A stretch of DNA of 32,000 nucleotides from Candidatus Saccharimonadota bacterium (lineage in GTDB: Bacteria > Patescibacteriota > Saccharimonadia > Saccharimonadales > UBA4665): contig CP025011.1 in NCBI GenBank assembly GCA_002952755.1, positions 1,050,001 to 1,082,000 of the forward strand. The letters run 5' to 3'. This document shows, piece by piece, positions 1 to 8,087 of the stretch. Numbering within the stretch: position 1 is the first letter of the stretch; every line of letters begins with the position of its first letter. A model generated the notes under the pieces. It was not told the DNA's origin, searched no databases, and saw only the letters and a program-made list of their open reading frames with translations. A program made the translations under genes and the position numbers.

Positions 1-524
1 TGTACGTAGGCCGGCTGCTCGCCTGGAAAGGCCCCGATATCGCTGTCGAAGCCATGTCACTTGTGCGGCATGACATGCACTTAACAGTCATCGGCAATGA
101 AGACCAAAAGGGCTTCCGGCAGCAACTGCTCGACACAGTAGCAGCCAATAACTTAGGTGAGCGGGTCACATTTTTGCCGCAATTACCGCGAGACGAGCTG
201 CTCAAAAGCTTTGACGACTACGATGTTATTGTGTTTCCATCCAGGCGGCTGGAGGCTTTTTCACTCACTGTCGTAGAGGCTCAGGCGAGGGGCCTACCGC
301 TTATCTTTCATCCAGGGGGCGGCATCACTAATACCGTAGGCGACGGTGGGCTACGGCTGGCCGAATGCACATCTAAAAGCCTAGCCGCCAGCCTGGATTA
401 TGTATATCAACATCCCGACATACTAGCTCGCCTACAACGCAAGGCATACGCAAATGCCGAGCAGTACAGGCTGTCAGCCTCCCAAGAACGGCTCTTCCAT
501 CTTTCTCAAGCGTTTATTGCTTAA
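1..524 (+). CDS. Glycosyltransferase family 1 (GT4-like), C-terminal part; 5' end outside the window
   Basis: The frame of ORF 54..524 stays open back to base 3 (YVGRLLAWKGPDIAVEAM...), which is typical of the xVGRLxxxKG start of the GT1 C-terminal Rossmann domain. EAFSLTVVE gives the E-x7-E motif. TAA stop at 522-524. Confidence 0.8.
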   Translation, partial: YVGRLLAWKGPDIAVEAMSLVRHDMHLTVIGNEDQKGFRQQLLDTVAANNLGERVTFLPQLPRDELLKSFDDYDVIVFPSRRLEAFSLTVVEAQARGLPLIFHPGGGITNTVGDGGLRLAECTSKSLAASLDYVYQHPDILARLQRKAYANAEQYRLSASQERLFHLSQAFIA

Positions 525-1222
525 AGCGCGTGTTGCAAATCGAATTCTTCAATGATTTGATAGTGCGACTGTGCGGGAAACTTGGCAACCATGCATAGTT
601 TGGTGAATGCCACCTCATGCACGTCAGCAAACAAATCCGCCAGCCCCGCCTCTACACCCACCCGCTGCTTTAGCGTACCGGTAAAAGGGTTGATGCATGT
701 AAAATGCGGAGTGAATTCTTCAAATATATAAGGCGCATGGAACTGTTTGGTTTTAGCGACCTGTGATGGTGAGGACTCAAAATAATGTAGCGAATCTGCC
801 TGCAGTCGATTTGAGTATTCAGAGCCGTGACCTAGCGGGTGAATTGTTGCCACTAAAATGTCATGCAGAAGTTCAATGTTGCGGTTAGGGCGCAGATGAA
901 TCGCAGCTTGGTTGCTTTCGGGACGCCAAAAACCTACGCGCGTTTTGGTAAATACGTACTGATTACTCGGGCGTAGGCAGGTCAAAAGCTCGTGGACGCG
1001 AGCGACCACGGCCTGCAGCTCATCTTCTTCGATATCTATAGCGTCGGTAATCGTGGCGTGAAATCCATATTCGCCACTGAGTACAGTCCACTCCGGTTGA
1101 ATAAAAGCTGGCGGCGTGGTCGATTGGCGGCGCCGGATGTCATAACCAACGACGGCTGATCCACGCTCATAAAACACCCCCTCTTCGGGAATAACATACA
1201 ATCCAACGCGCATCATCGACAT
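521..1222 (-). CDS. DUF1045-family 2H phosphoesterase (PhnPP-like cyclic phosphodiesterase fold)
   Basis: Two H-x-T/S motifs in the expected context: YGFHATITDAI and APYIFEEFTPHFTCI. The N-terminal RVGLYVIP strand resembles the DUF1045 RYAIYFAP start. The 3' end overlaps the GT gene by 4 nt (convergent). Confidence 0.7.
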   Translation of the reverse strand: MSMMRVGLYVIPEEGVFYERGSAVVGYDIRRRQSTTPPAFIQPEWTVLSGEYGFHATITDAIDIEEDELQAVVARVHELLTCLRPSNQYVFTKTRVGFWRPESNQAAIHLRPNRNIELLHDILVATIHPLGHGSEYSNRLQADSLHYFESSPSQVAKTKQFHAPYIFEEFTPHFTCINPFTGTLKQRVGVEAGLADLFADVHEVAFTKLCMVAKFPAQSHYQIIEEFDLQHAL

Positions 1223-1226
1223 AGGC

Positions 1227-1967
1227 TTACTTTACTACCTTACGTTTTTTATGCGCCTTATCAGCAAAATAGTTTGTTGCCTCAAGCAATCGATCGAACT
1301 TGCCGGCATCGGTCCAAAATCCATCTAAGCGCTGCCACCGCAACTCACCTTCGGCGATATACTTATTATTAATATGGGTGGGCTTAATTTCGCCTTCTAC
1401 TTGGCCGAGATGCTCTTTAATAAATGAAAAACACTTTGTGTCATACATGTAGATACCGGTCGCCGCATACTTAGTTTTGGGCTTTGCTGGATTTTCTTCA
1501 ATACCAACAATGCGGCTTGGGTCGTTAGGGTCAAACTCCGGAACGCCCATACCATCAGGGTCGGTGAACTCCTGAATAAGCACCGTTGCCCCGCCAGTAA
1601 AATCTTGTACAGCCTGCTTAAGATTAGCATCAGTCACCTGATCGCCTAGCATGACCAGTAAAGGTTCGTTACCTGCAAAATCTTCGGCTAAAAGTAGGGC
1701 TTCGCCAGCACCTCCAAATCCATCCTGGTATGCATACTGCAAGCTACGAATACCCAGCTCTTTGCCATCTTTTAGCAGATTAAAGAAATGGCCGGCAAAC
1801 GGTCCACCAAGTACACACATAATATCAGTGACACCAGCTGTCAGCATCGTCTGCAAAGGGTAGTAAATCATCGGCTTGTCGTACACAGGCAGCAGATGCT
1901 TGTTGGTAGCACGGGTCAAAGGATAGAGACGGGTGCCAAGACCCCCACACAGCAAGACACCTTTCAT
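1227..1967 (-). CDS. rmlA: Glucose-1-phosphate thymidylyltransferase-like sugar nucleotidyltransferase (short form)
   Basis: MKGVLLCGGLGTRLYPLTRATNKHLLPVYDKPMIYYPL is a near-canonical RmlA N-terminus (GGxGTRLxPxT...LLPxYDKPMIYYPL). C-terminal GFWTDAGKFDRLLEA matches the RmlA WLDTGT..SLLEA region. The ORF track starts at GTG 1997. I prefer ATG 1967 because the conserved fold begins there and a TATAAT lies 7 nt upstream. Confidence 0.85.
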   Translation of the reverse strand: MKGVLLCGGLGTRLYPLTRATNKHLLPVYDKPMIYYPLQTMLTAGVTDIMCVLGGPFAGHFFNLLKDGKELGIRSLQYAYQDGFGGAGEALLLAEDFAGNEPLLVMLGDQVTDANLKQAVQDFTGGATVLIQEFTDPDGMGVPEFDPNDPSRIVGIEENPAKPKTKYAATGIYMYDTKCFSFIKEHLGQVEGEIKPTHINNKYIAEGELRWQRLDGFWTDAGKFDRLLEATNYFADKAHKKRKVVK

Positions 1968-1974
1968 TTGGCGT

Positions 1975-2005
1975 ATTATATCCTGCCCAAGGGTCACTTC
2001 GTCAA
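1975..2005 (-). promoter_or_regulatory. Putative sigma70-type promoter of rmlA (TTGACG-19-TATAAT), leaderless geometry
   Basis: Minus strand: TTGACG (2005-2000), 19-nt spacer, TATAAT (1980-1975), then 7 nt (acgccaa) to ATG 1967. No Shine-Dalgarno is present. The -35 lies inside a 6-bp inverted repeat, ttcgtc-aata-gacgaa (1998-2013). Confidence 0.4.
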
Positions 2006-2153
2006 TAGACGAACGGTAGAAAATTGTCTTCTAGGACACTGTGGACAAATGCAAGATGAAAGACATCGATCGCTACCCGTCCAAAGACTATCTAATTAAT
2101 GTTTATCAAATGGTTGCCGGCAGATGGATAAATTATTAGGGTCCGGGGATGTT

Positions 2154-2182
2154 TTCACAGGTTCTGCTTGCGTAGGTATACT
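2154..2182 (+). promoter_or_regulatory. Putative promoter TTCACA-17-TATACT for the PRTase-like gene
   Basis: TTCACA 2154-2159, 17-nt spacer, TATACT 2177-2182. It lies inside the N-terminal extension of ORF 2124, which argues that the real start is ATG 2202. Confidence 0.4.
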
Positions 2183-2201
2183 TAGCCTGGACTCAGATGT
2201 T

Positions 2202-2987
2202 ATGACCGAATATAGAGAACGTGCTTCAGACGCCAGCAACAGGGACAGATGTATCCAAGACTTGCTCGAGCGCTTACACCAACCATTCAATCACGAAACG
2301 GTACTTGGGGCCATGTTCGGTCTCGCCGAACGGATGAACCATTATCTCGGTGATTACGACTTGATCGTTGGCGACGACCCCAGCGGCAGACTCCCAGCTT
2401 TATATGTTAGAGAACTTGTTAACAAACGCCGAGCAGAGCAAGGCCTTCGTCCCGCAGCTATACGCTTCGTTCGTGGTCGAAGTTTAGCTAGGATAGAGAA
2501 TGCCCAGGCATTGACCTCGGGCGATTTTATACCAGGCGAAAACATGCCCGACGCCAGAACAGTCCTGGTTACTGAACAGATACAGAGCGGCCATACAATG
2601 GCTCAGATATACGAAACCGTCAGCCAAAAACGTCGTGCCAGCAAAATAGATATAGCCTCACTCAATAGCGATTACACCGCTGATCAGCTGAGAGAACAAT
2701 TCGCATACTCTCTTGACTCCTCTATATACATCGGCACTCCGCCCGAATTAGAGGAGGTACCCGACGACTTCTTACCGGATTGGAACAGGGCATCCCACCA
2801 TTTCCGAAGCCCGACCGAGTCTCTTGAGCATAGCGGGACACTCGCAAAAGGTGTGACAAGGGGAGAAGGAATGGATGAAGCACTTTTCACTGAGGGTCTC
2901 CCAGGTTACGGAGAAAAAGTATCGTGGGCGCGATACGAAATTGCCCTGATTGCATCAGCGTTTTATAGGCTTTTACCTCCCATATAA
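2202..2987 (+). CDS. Hypothetical protein with a type-I phosphoribosyltransferase-like (PRTase) core
   Basis: ORF 2124..2987. The internal start M27 (2202) is preferred because of the upstream promoter. DYDLIVGDDPSGRLPALYV and ARTVLVTEQIQSGHTM resemble the PRTase hood and PRPP-loop pattern (hydrophobic x4, acidic x2, then S/T-G-x-T). I recognise no closer family. Confidence 0.5.
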   Translation: MTEYRERASDASNRDRCIQDLLERLHQPFNHETVLGAMFGLAERMNHYLGDYDLIVGDDPSGRLPALYVRELVNKRRAEQGLRPAAIRFVRGRSLARIENAQALTSGDFIPGENMPDARTVLVTEQIQSGHTMAQIYETVSQKRRASKIDIASLNSDYTADQLREQFAYSLDSSIYIGTPPELEEVPDDFLPDWNRASHHFRSPTESLEHSGTLAKGVTRGEGMDEALFTEGLPGYGEKVSWARYEIALIASAFYRLLPPI

Positions 2988-3039
2988 ATCGGCCTATCGT
3001 TGGCACGAAAAGAGCCGCGCGGGTATGCCAGTAGACTTT

Positions 3040-3067
3040 TTCACATCCTCAGCTCATAGTGTATAAG
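3040..3067 (+). promoter_or_regulatory. Putative promoter TTCACA-16-TATAAG for the VOC-family gene
   Basis: TTCACA 3040-3045, 16-nt spacer, TATAAG 3062-3067. It is followed by SD AAAGGAG (3081-3087) and ATG 3095. Confidence 0.3.
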
Positions 3068-3094
3068 AGAATGTCTACAAAAAGGAGCACATAC

Positions 3095-3547
3095 ATGGGA
3101 CAAAAAATTACACCTAACTTGTGGTTCGATGGCAAGGCTAAGGAGGCGGTTGCCTTTTACCTTTCGGCGTTCCCTGATAGCCGAATTGTGGCCACTTCGT
3201 ACTACCCGAAAGAAGGTCTGCTGGATTTTCAAAAAGCGCTGGCCGGTAAAGAGTTAACTATTGATTTCGAATTAAACGGACAGCGCTTTACCGCCATCAA
3301 CGCTGGTCCCGAATTCAAGTTCAATGAATCAGTGTCTTTTATGATCGCATGTAAAGATCAGGAAGAAATCGACTACTACTGGGAAAAGCTCTCTCGTGTT
3401 CCACAAGCCGAGCAATGCGGCTGGCTAAAAGATCAGTACGGCCTAAGCTGGCAAGTAGTGCCTGCCAATATGGACGAGCTTATGGCCAAGCCGGATGCGT
3501 TCTCTAAGCTTATGCAGATGAAAAAGATTGAGATTGATAAATTCTAG
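3095..3547 (+). CDS. VOC-superfamily protein, PhnB/3-demethylubiquinone-9 3-methyltransferase-domain type
   Basis: MGQKITPNLWFDGKAKEAVAFY...FELNGQRFTAINAGPEFKFNESVSFMIACKDQEEIDYYWEKL...CGWLKDQYGLSWQVVP is the characteristic pattern of this family. SD AAAGGAG lies 7 nt before ATG 3095. The ORF-track start at 3059 is an upstream extension. Confidence 0.8.
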   Translation: MGQKITPNLWFDGKAKEAVAFYLSAFPDSRIVATSYYPKEGLLDFQKALAGKELTIDFELNGQRFTAINAGPEFKFNESVSFMIACKDQEEIDYYWEKLSRVPQAEQCGWLKDQYGLSWQVVPANMDELMAKPDAFSKLMQMKKIEIDKF

Positions 3548-3622
3548 AATCCTCCTTGAGATATGCAGTAGCCGTTTGAGCTGCGTTTTGTATACCACGC
3601 CAGAACGATATAGTATTAACCA

Positions 3623-4028
3623 ATGACATCTCCTCAGATTTCTCCAGAACATCTCAATCAAATATACCCCCAATTTCTGCAAGATATCAGCGAGGAGTTA
3701 AAGCTAACTCCAGAAGAGCAGATTATTGCAGGGCAGGTAGGCCCAATTACATGGGCAAAATGGAGCGTTTCAGTCTTAAGCGGTGATGAACGGGTAGCCT
3801 ACCCTTATAAAAGTAAATTGCCAAAAGTGCCACCCCTTCTTTGCAACAGAAGTAGAAGCACCAGGAAAACCAACCCTCGATTATCAAGCTGGCTCACTTG
3901 CCGCTAAGGTCGGCTCCATGTATGCGCATGAAGACCAAGGCGTACGGTAACGTTTTGAGAACTTTAGCGAGTTAGCGGCTCTGTTTACCTTTGATGACGT
4001 TCACCACACGGTAGTTGTAGCTGCATAG
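3623..4028 (+). pseudogene. Possible decayed gene: one +1 frameshift plus one in-frame TAA
   Basis: ORF 3623..3907 reads protein-like for about 68 codons, then turns into low-complexity junk (PPLLCNRSRSTRK...). The +1 frame reads protein-like from 3798 (..KCHPFFATEVEAPGKPTLDYQAGSLAAKVGSMYAHEDQGVR) to TAA 3948-3950. It then continues in the same frame for 25 more codons (RFENFSELAALFTFDDVHHTVVVAA) to TAG 4026-4028. The frame switch lies near the run aaaagtgccacccc (about 3823-3836). Confidence 0.3.
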
Positions 4029-4105
4029 ACAAGGCAACTTCGTCGCATTCAGACAGCCGCTAAAAGGAGCGCTTATAGTACGGCAGGAAACGCACCCTAG
4101 CACTT

Positions 4106-7100
4106 ATGGGTGGCCGCGTGGTACTATTTCGATATACAACTTTTACAACAGACCAGGTGTGGGGGTACTTTAGAGTGGGCAAGTATACACGCAAAATTAA
4201 AACCTTTTTTGGGCAATCCAAGCGGCGAATTACAAAAATAAGTACATCAAAATATCTACAGGGCAGGCGGGTATGGGCTGGTGGCATTGTTGTAATTATT
4301 CTGATAATTTTCTGGATACTGCCAGCTTTTGCCGCCAAAGCACCAGGTCAGATGGGGTACAGCATCAAACGCGGCGAAGAATGGCTGGTCGCCAACCTCG
4401 CGCCACTCCCTAACTGGCGTGAAAATTTGCGGTTAGATTTTGCGAATAATCGAGTAAACGAAGCAGCGTATGTTGCCGATCATGCCAACCGTCATAGCGT
4501 TACAGATACGTCAAAAACTACAGCAACAATCAACAACCTGCTCGGATCATACGAGAGCGCCTACGAACCAGTACTGGACGAATTAGATAAGCAGCTCAAT
4601 GCGGGCAAAAAGCCGGAACAGGAAGCCATCAAAGACCATCAAGATGATGTCGTCAATATTTACACAACGCTCCAGCTGCTGCGCTTGCAGGCACCTCCAA
4701 CTTCCCAACTTGCGGTACTCACTGCCGTTGACGATACGCAGCGGTATCTAGCGGCTTTAAATGACGCCCTGGGAACAGTACCGCTATCGGCAAGCGATTT
4801 CGCGCAATTGGCTCGACTCAGCTCAATAGGCGTAATTTCACCAGCTGCTGTAACCAGTCTGAGTAACGTAAAAAACAGCCGCCAGTTACATGCGGCACTT
4901 GTTAGCATGGTCAACGACGGGCAACTACCAGCGGACGCTAGCTATAATCTGGATTACGACGTAGTGAAGCACATCGCCCCAACTAAAGCAGCAGCCTTTC
5001 AAACAGAGGCTCAATTTGAAGAAATGCAACGTATTAGCGCCGTGCTGACCGCCAGCCGACCAACAGCCGAACAAAAACAGGCAATTCAGGCGTTCCTGAC
5101 AAGCTACAAACCAGGCCAACAAACCGCGTCAAGCGACATCCAGCCATACGTAACACCAATTGTGTACGGCATGGCACTATCCGGTCAATTGCAGGGCAAC
5201 TTACTAAGCTTAAGTGCAGTGCGTATGAATAGCGACGACCAAGCACTGTTTGATACCTGGAAAGTCGTCCTAGATCCACCAAATCTCAGCGACACCTACC
5301 AAACACTTATGACTGACGCTCAGAGCCAGCCAGCCCTGCATTTGCGCAACCTCGCGCAGACCCAGGCCGAGCTCACCGCAGCGCAAAAGGCCCAGGTAAC
5401 TTATCTAGTAATGCCTCCGGGATGGGGCGTAAATCAGCTGGCAACGCTCAATAAGCAAATGGGTGTAGAAATCGCCGAAACGAGCTTTGCACAGTCCAAG
5501 CCAAACGCAAATCAGGAACTGGCCAGCATAACCATCACTCAACTATCACTTCAAAATGAGCTCCAGCAACTTCAGGCAGCCTACAACGCAAATACAACTA
5601 AGCTGGAAACACAGATCAACAATTTTCAGGGCACAGCAGACCAAGTAACACAGCTCAAGCAAGAGTTAAGCAGTCTCACACAAAGCCAAGCCACAACCAT
5701 TGCCGATTTGCAGGCGCAAATCACGTATATTACCGATGCACACACGACCCTTGGCGGCACCATCACCAACCTGCAACAGCAGCAAGTGACTAATCTGACC
5801 GAGCTTGAGCTACGTGCCGCCACTACCGCCCAAACGATAAGCGACACTACTAAAGCACAGCTGACCGCCTCACTCAACCAGGTCAACTCAACCAGCCAAA
5901 CACTCATTACCAACTTAAGTACACATATTGATAATCTTGGAATCACGCACGTAGCCTTGCGTGATCGACTGAACGATGAGATTACTACCATCAAGAATAA
6001 TTACCAGGAGCTTAAGGCCGATGTCCAAGATCAAATTAATGCTGGAGTAACAACCACTGTCGACTTGCAAACGACGCTTACTCAAACGCGCACCGAGCTG
6101 GCGACACAAACAACTGCGCTCACCAACTTAGGGTCAAGCACGACTGCCCTCACACAGCTTGTCGATCAGGTTAAGAACAATTCCCAGTCCGACTTGCACG
6201 ACCTGCAAGGGCAAATCAACGACATCAAACTCGATCAACAAGCCATTAAGACAGCGACGGCAGATCTGCAGAATATTACACAAACGAGCCAGGCGCTTAC
6301 CAACGAACTGCAAGCGAAAATCAATAGTCTAGGCAGCAGTCAGGCCCAGCTACGCACCGAACTGACCAATGAAATAAACACCGTCAAAGACACCTACGAT
6401 CAACTACGAGAAGATACACAGGCACAGCTAGATGCGGGCAATGCTACCAGTGCGCAATTACAAACGATCTTGACACAGGTACGGGACGAATTAACAACGC
6501 AGAAGGCAAGTGTTGCACAGCTTGGTTCTTCGCACGATGTGCTGAGCCAGTTAGTTGGACAGATAAAAACGACATCCGAGACCGGGCTAACAGATCTGCA
6601 GGTGCAAATTGGAGCCGTGCATCTCGACCAACAAACTACGCAAACTGCAGTAAACAGCCTACAGTCTATTACGCAAACAAGCCAGGCGTTGATTAGCGGG
6701 CTGCAAGCCCGGACGGACGCTCTGGATAGCAGCCAGAGTCAGTTGCGACAAGAGCTAACAGCCGATATTCAGACTGTACAGTCCGACTACACCACGTTGA
6801 CTGCTGGCTTACAGGCCCAAATTAATGCCGGTATAGCTACAACCACCAGCCTTACCACATCACTGCAAACTATTCAGAGCAATCTAGTAGCGCAGGCTGC
6901 CGAGCTCGCATCCCTAGGAACAAGCCATACCACACTGACCGCACTAGTAAACCAAGTCCAAACTACGGCCAACGCGCAAACAGCAGATCTGCAAGGCCAG
7001 ATTAATGCCCTTGATATCAGCAGCCAAAGTGTGAAACATTCGCTCGAAAGCCTGGCTGCCAAGCAAGCTGCCGACCTCACTGGCCTCACTAATCAATTAG

Positions 7101-7819
7101 CAGATCTGCATGTCGTACAGATCGAGGCCCAGGCGGACATCGCCGATTTGGTACAAGCTCAGGCTTCCACCCAAGCAGATACAAACGCGCTGCACACCGG
7201 ATTCGATACACTACAAACCACGCTGCAAGATAGCCTGACAGTGCAGGCCTCCATCCAAGCTGATCTCAGTAATCAGCAGTCAGAACTGGATACGATCACT
7301 GCCCAAACCCAATCGGCTCTCGATACCCTTACCGCCCAACAATCCATTCTTGATGCCCAGCTCACCAATATCAGCAACAATACCACGAGCCTCAGCCAGG
7401 CGATCAATACTGTACAGACCGCAGCTAATACCACACAAACCACGCTCGATACACTGCTCGCTAACGCGCCGTGGGCCATTCCCTCTGGCACCTATGTTAC
7501 GCAAGCCGATTTTAATACCCTGACTGCTCAACTAAATACTCAATTCGCCCAAAAAGCAGCCCAGCTCGACGCCCAATTTCAGGCTTACCAGCAAACGCTC
7601 AACGCCTCAGTCGACCAGCTCAACACGCAACTAAACAACCTGAGTACAACGGTCACCAATACGGCAAATGCCCAAGCTGCAACGCAAGTGCAAGTCAATG
7701 GCCTGAGCACCACCGTTACTACCAACCAAACCAGTGCCCAAAATCAGATCAATACGCTTAGCAGCCAGGTACAAACGCTCCAACAGCAAGTCCAACAATT
7801 GCTGCATCCCGGTTTATAG
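4106..7819 (+). CDS. Giant (1237 aa) secreted or membrane-anchored Q/T/L/A/S/N-rich repeat protein, predicted extended coiled-coil; function unknown
   Basis: Uninterrupted 3.7-kb ORF. It has a basic N-region, then the hydrophobic segment GGIVVIILIIFWILPAFA-AKAPG (signal peptide with an AxA site, or a signal anchor). A roughly 400-aa non-repetitive domain follows, then about 750 aa with heptad-like L/I/V spacing, no Cys and almost no aromatic residues. The start is uncertain: ATG 4106 or GTG 4175. Confidence 0.85.
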   Translation: MGGRVVLFRYTTFTTDQVWGYFRVGKYTRKIKTFFGQSKRRITKISTSKYLQGRRVWAGGIVVIILIIFWILPAFAAKAPGQMGYSIKRGEEWLVANLAPLPNWRENLRLDFANNRVNEAAYVADHANRHSVTDTSKTTATINNLLGSYESAYEPVLDELDKQLNAGKKPEQEAIKDHQDDVVNIYTTLQLLRLQAPPTSQLAVLTAVDDTQRYLAALNDALGTVPLSASDFAQLARLSSIGVISPAAVTSLSNVKNSRQLHAALVSMVNDGQLPADASYNLDYDVVKHIAPTKAAAFQTEAQFEEMQRISAVLTASRPTAEQKQAIQAFLTSYKPGQQTASSDIQPYVTPIVYGMALSGQLQGNLLSLSAVRMNSDDQALFDTWKVVLDPPNLSDTYQTLMTDAQSQPALHLRNLAQTQAELTAAQKAQVTYLVMPPGWGVNQLATLNKQMGVEIAETSFAQSKPNANQELASITITQLSLQNELQQLQAAYNANTTKLETQINNFQGTADQVTQLKQELSSLTQSQATTIADLQAQITYITDAHTTLGGTITNLQQQQVTNLTELELRAATTAQTISDTTKAQLTASLNQVNSTSQTLITNLSTHIDNLGITHVALRDRLNDEITTIKNNYQELKADVQDQINAGVTTTVDLQTTLTQTRTELATQTTALTNLGSSTTALTQLVDQVKNNSQSDLHDLQGQINDIKLDQQAIKTATADLQNITQTSQALTNELQAKINSLGSSQAQLRTELTNEINTVKDTYDQLREDTQAQLDAGNATSAQLQTILTQVRDELTTQKASVAQLGSSHDVLSQLVGQIKTTSETGLTDLQVQIGAVHLDQQTTQTAVNSLQSITQTSQALISGLQARTDALDSSQSQLRQELTADIQTVQSDYTTLTAGLQAQINAGIATTTSLTTSLQTIQSNLVAQAAELASLGTSHTTLTALVNQVQTTANAQTADLQGQINALDISSQSVKHSLESLAAKQAADLTGLTNQLADLHVVQIEAQADIADLVQAQASTQADTNALHTGFDTLQTTLQDSLTVQASIQADLSNQQSELDTITAQTQSALDTLTAQQSILDAQLTNISNNTTSLSQAINTVQTAANTTQTTLDTLLANAPWAIPSGTYVTQADFNTLTAQLNTQFAQKAAQLDAQFQAYQQTLNASVDQLNTQLNNLSTTVTNTANAQAATQVQVNGLSTTVTTNQTSAQNQINTLSSQVQTLQQQVQQLLHPGL
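5735..7050 (+). repeat. Intragenic tandem repeat, period exactly 393 nt (131 aa), about 3.3 copies
   Basis: Landmarks stay in register. L(N/Q)x(V/I)(N/T)xTSQ(T/A)L starts at 5873, 6266 and 6659 (393 nt apart each). LG(S/T)S starts at 6128, 6521 and 6914 (393 nt apart each). Copy 1 (5735-6127) is the most diverged and copy 4 is partial. Conservation is stronger at protein level than at DNA level. Confidence 0.85.
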
Positions 7820-7856
7820 ATAGCCATCAAAAAGTAGATAAGAAGGGTAGGGACAT

Positions 7857-8078
7857 ATGGCCAAAAAACAAACAAAAAAAGTAGCATCCAGTAACGTAGC
7901 GATGAGCATTTGGCAGCTGGGTATATATATTTTTATAGCCATCGTGCTCTTTTGGCTGCTGGGGCTAGCCTTAGACCTAGCTAAATGGCTTCTAAAAGTC
8001 GGGCTCTTCGTATCGCTGATCGTGACGATTGCCTGGCTGGTTAATGCCTACCTAACGAGCCAAAAGCGAAGCCGCTAA
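7857..8078 (+). CDS. Small membrane protein (73 aa, two predicted TM helices), likely co-transcribed with the giant gene
   Basis: Basic N-terminus (MAKKQTKK), two hydrophobic spans (IWQLGIYIFIAIVLFWLLGLAL and VGLFVSLIVTIAWLVNAYL) and a basic C-terminus (QKRSR). A GGGTAGGG purine-rich stretch lies 5 nt upstream. The gap after the giant ORF is 37 nt with no hairpin. Confidence 0.6.
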   Translation: MAKKQTKKVASSNVAMSIWQLGIYIFIAIVLFWLLGLALDLAKWLLKVGLFVSLIVTIAWLVNAYLTSQKRSR

Positions 8079-8087
8079 ACACATCCA

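Noticed and set aside
3549-3561. AATCCTCCTTGAG right after the VOC gene (anti-SD-like on the plus strand, strong AAGGAGG SD on the minus strand)
   Set aside because: No start codon follows within range on the minus strand. The only ORF there (3443..3682) is antisense to the VOC gene. It is not part of a 16S gene.
3819-3950. CQKCHPFF followed later by GVR*RFENF in the +1 frame, reminiscent of ribosomal protein L31 (CxxCHPF[FY]TG...GRVxRFxxRF)
   Set aside because: The spacing between the two motifs is about 32 aa, against about 10 in L31. No MK..IHP..Y N-terminus or first Cys pair is present in any frame. I treat it as a coincidence inside a decayed gene, though it could be checked with a profile search.
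5735-7050. The 393-nt tandem repeat as a CRISPR array, satellite or mobile-element repeat
   Set aside because: The period is a multiple of 3 and the repeats lie fully inside one ORF. The copies are conserved at protein rather than DNA level, and there is no repeat/spacer alternation. This is a coding domain repeat.
4660-7531. Many antisense or off-frame ORFs inside the giant gene (for example 5626..5994, 122 aa; 7280..7531; 6874..7089)
   Set aside because: These are shadow ORFs produced by the CAG/CAA/ACN-rich repetitive coding strand. Their products are Cys/Arg/Val-rich nonsense, and they have no starts with an RBS or promoter.
7857-8078. The small 2-TM protein as a class II holin
   Set aside because: Size and topology fit, but there is no endolysin, spanin or other phage gene nearby. 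It is tightly linked to the giant surface protein instead.
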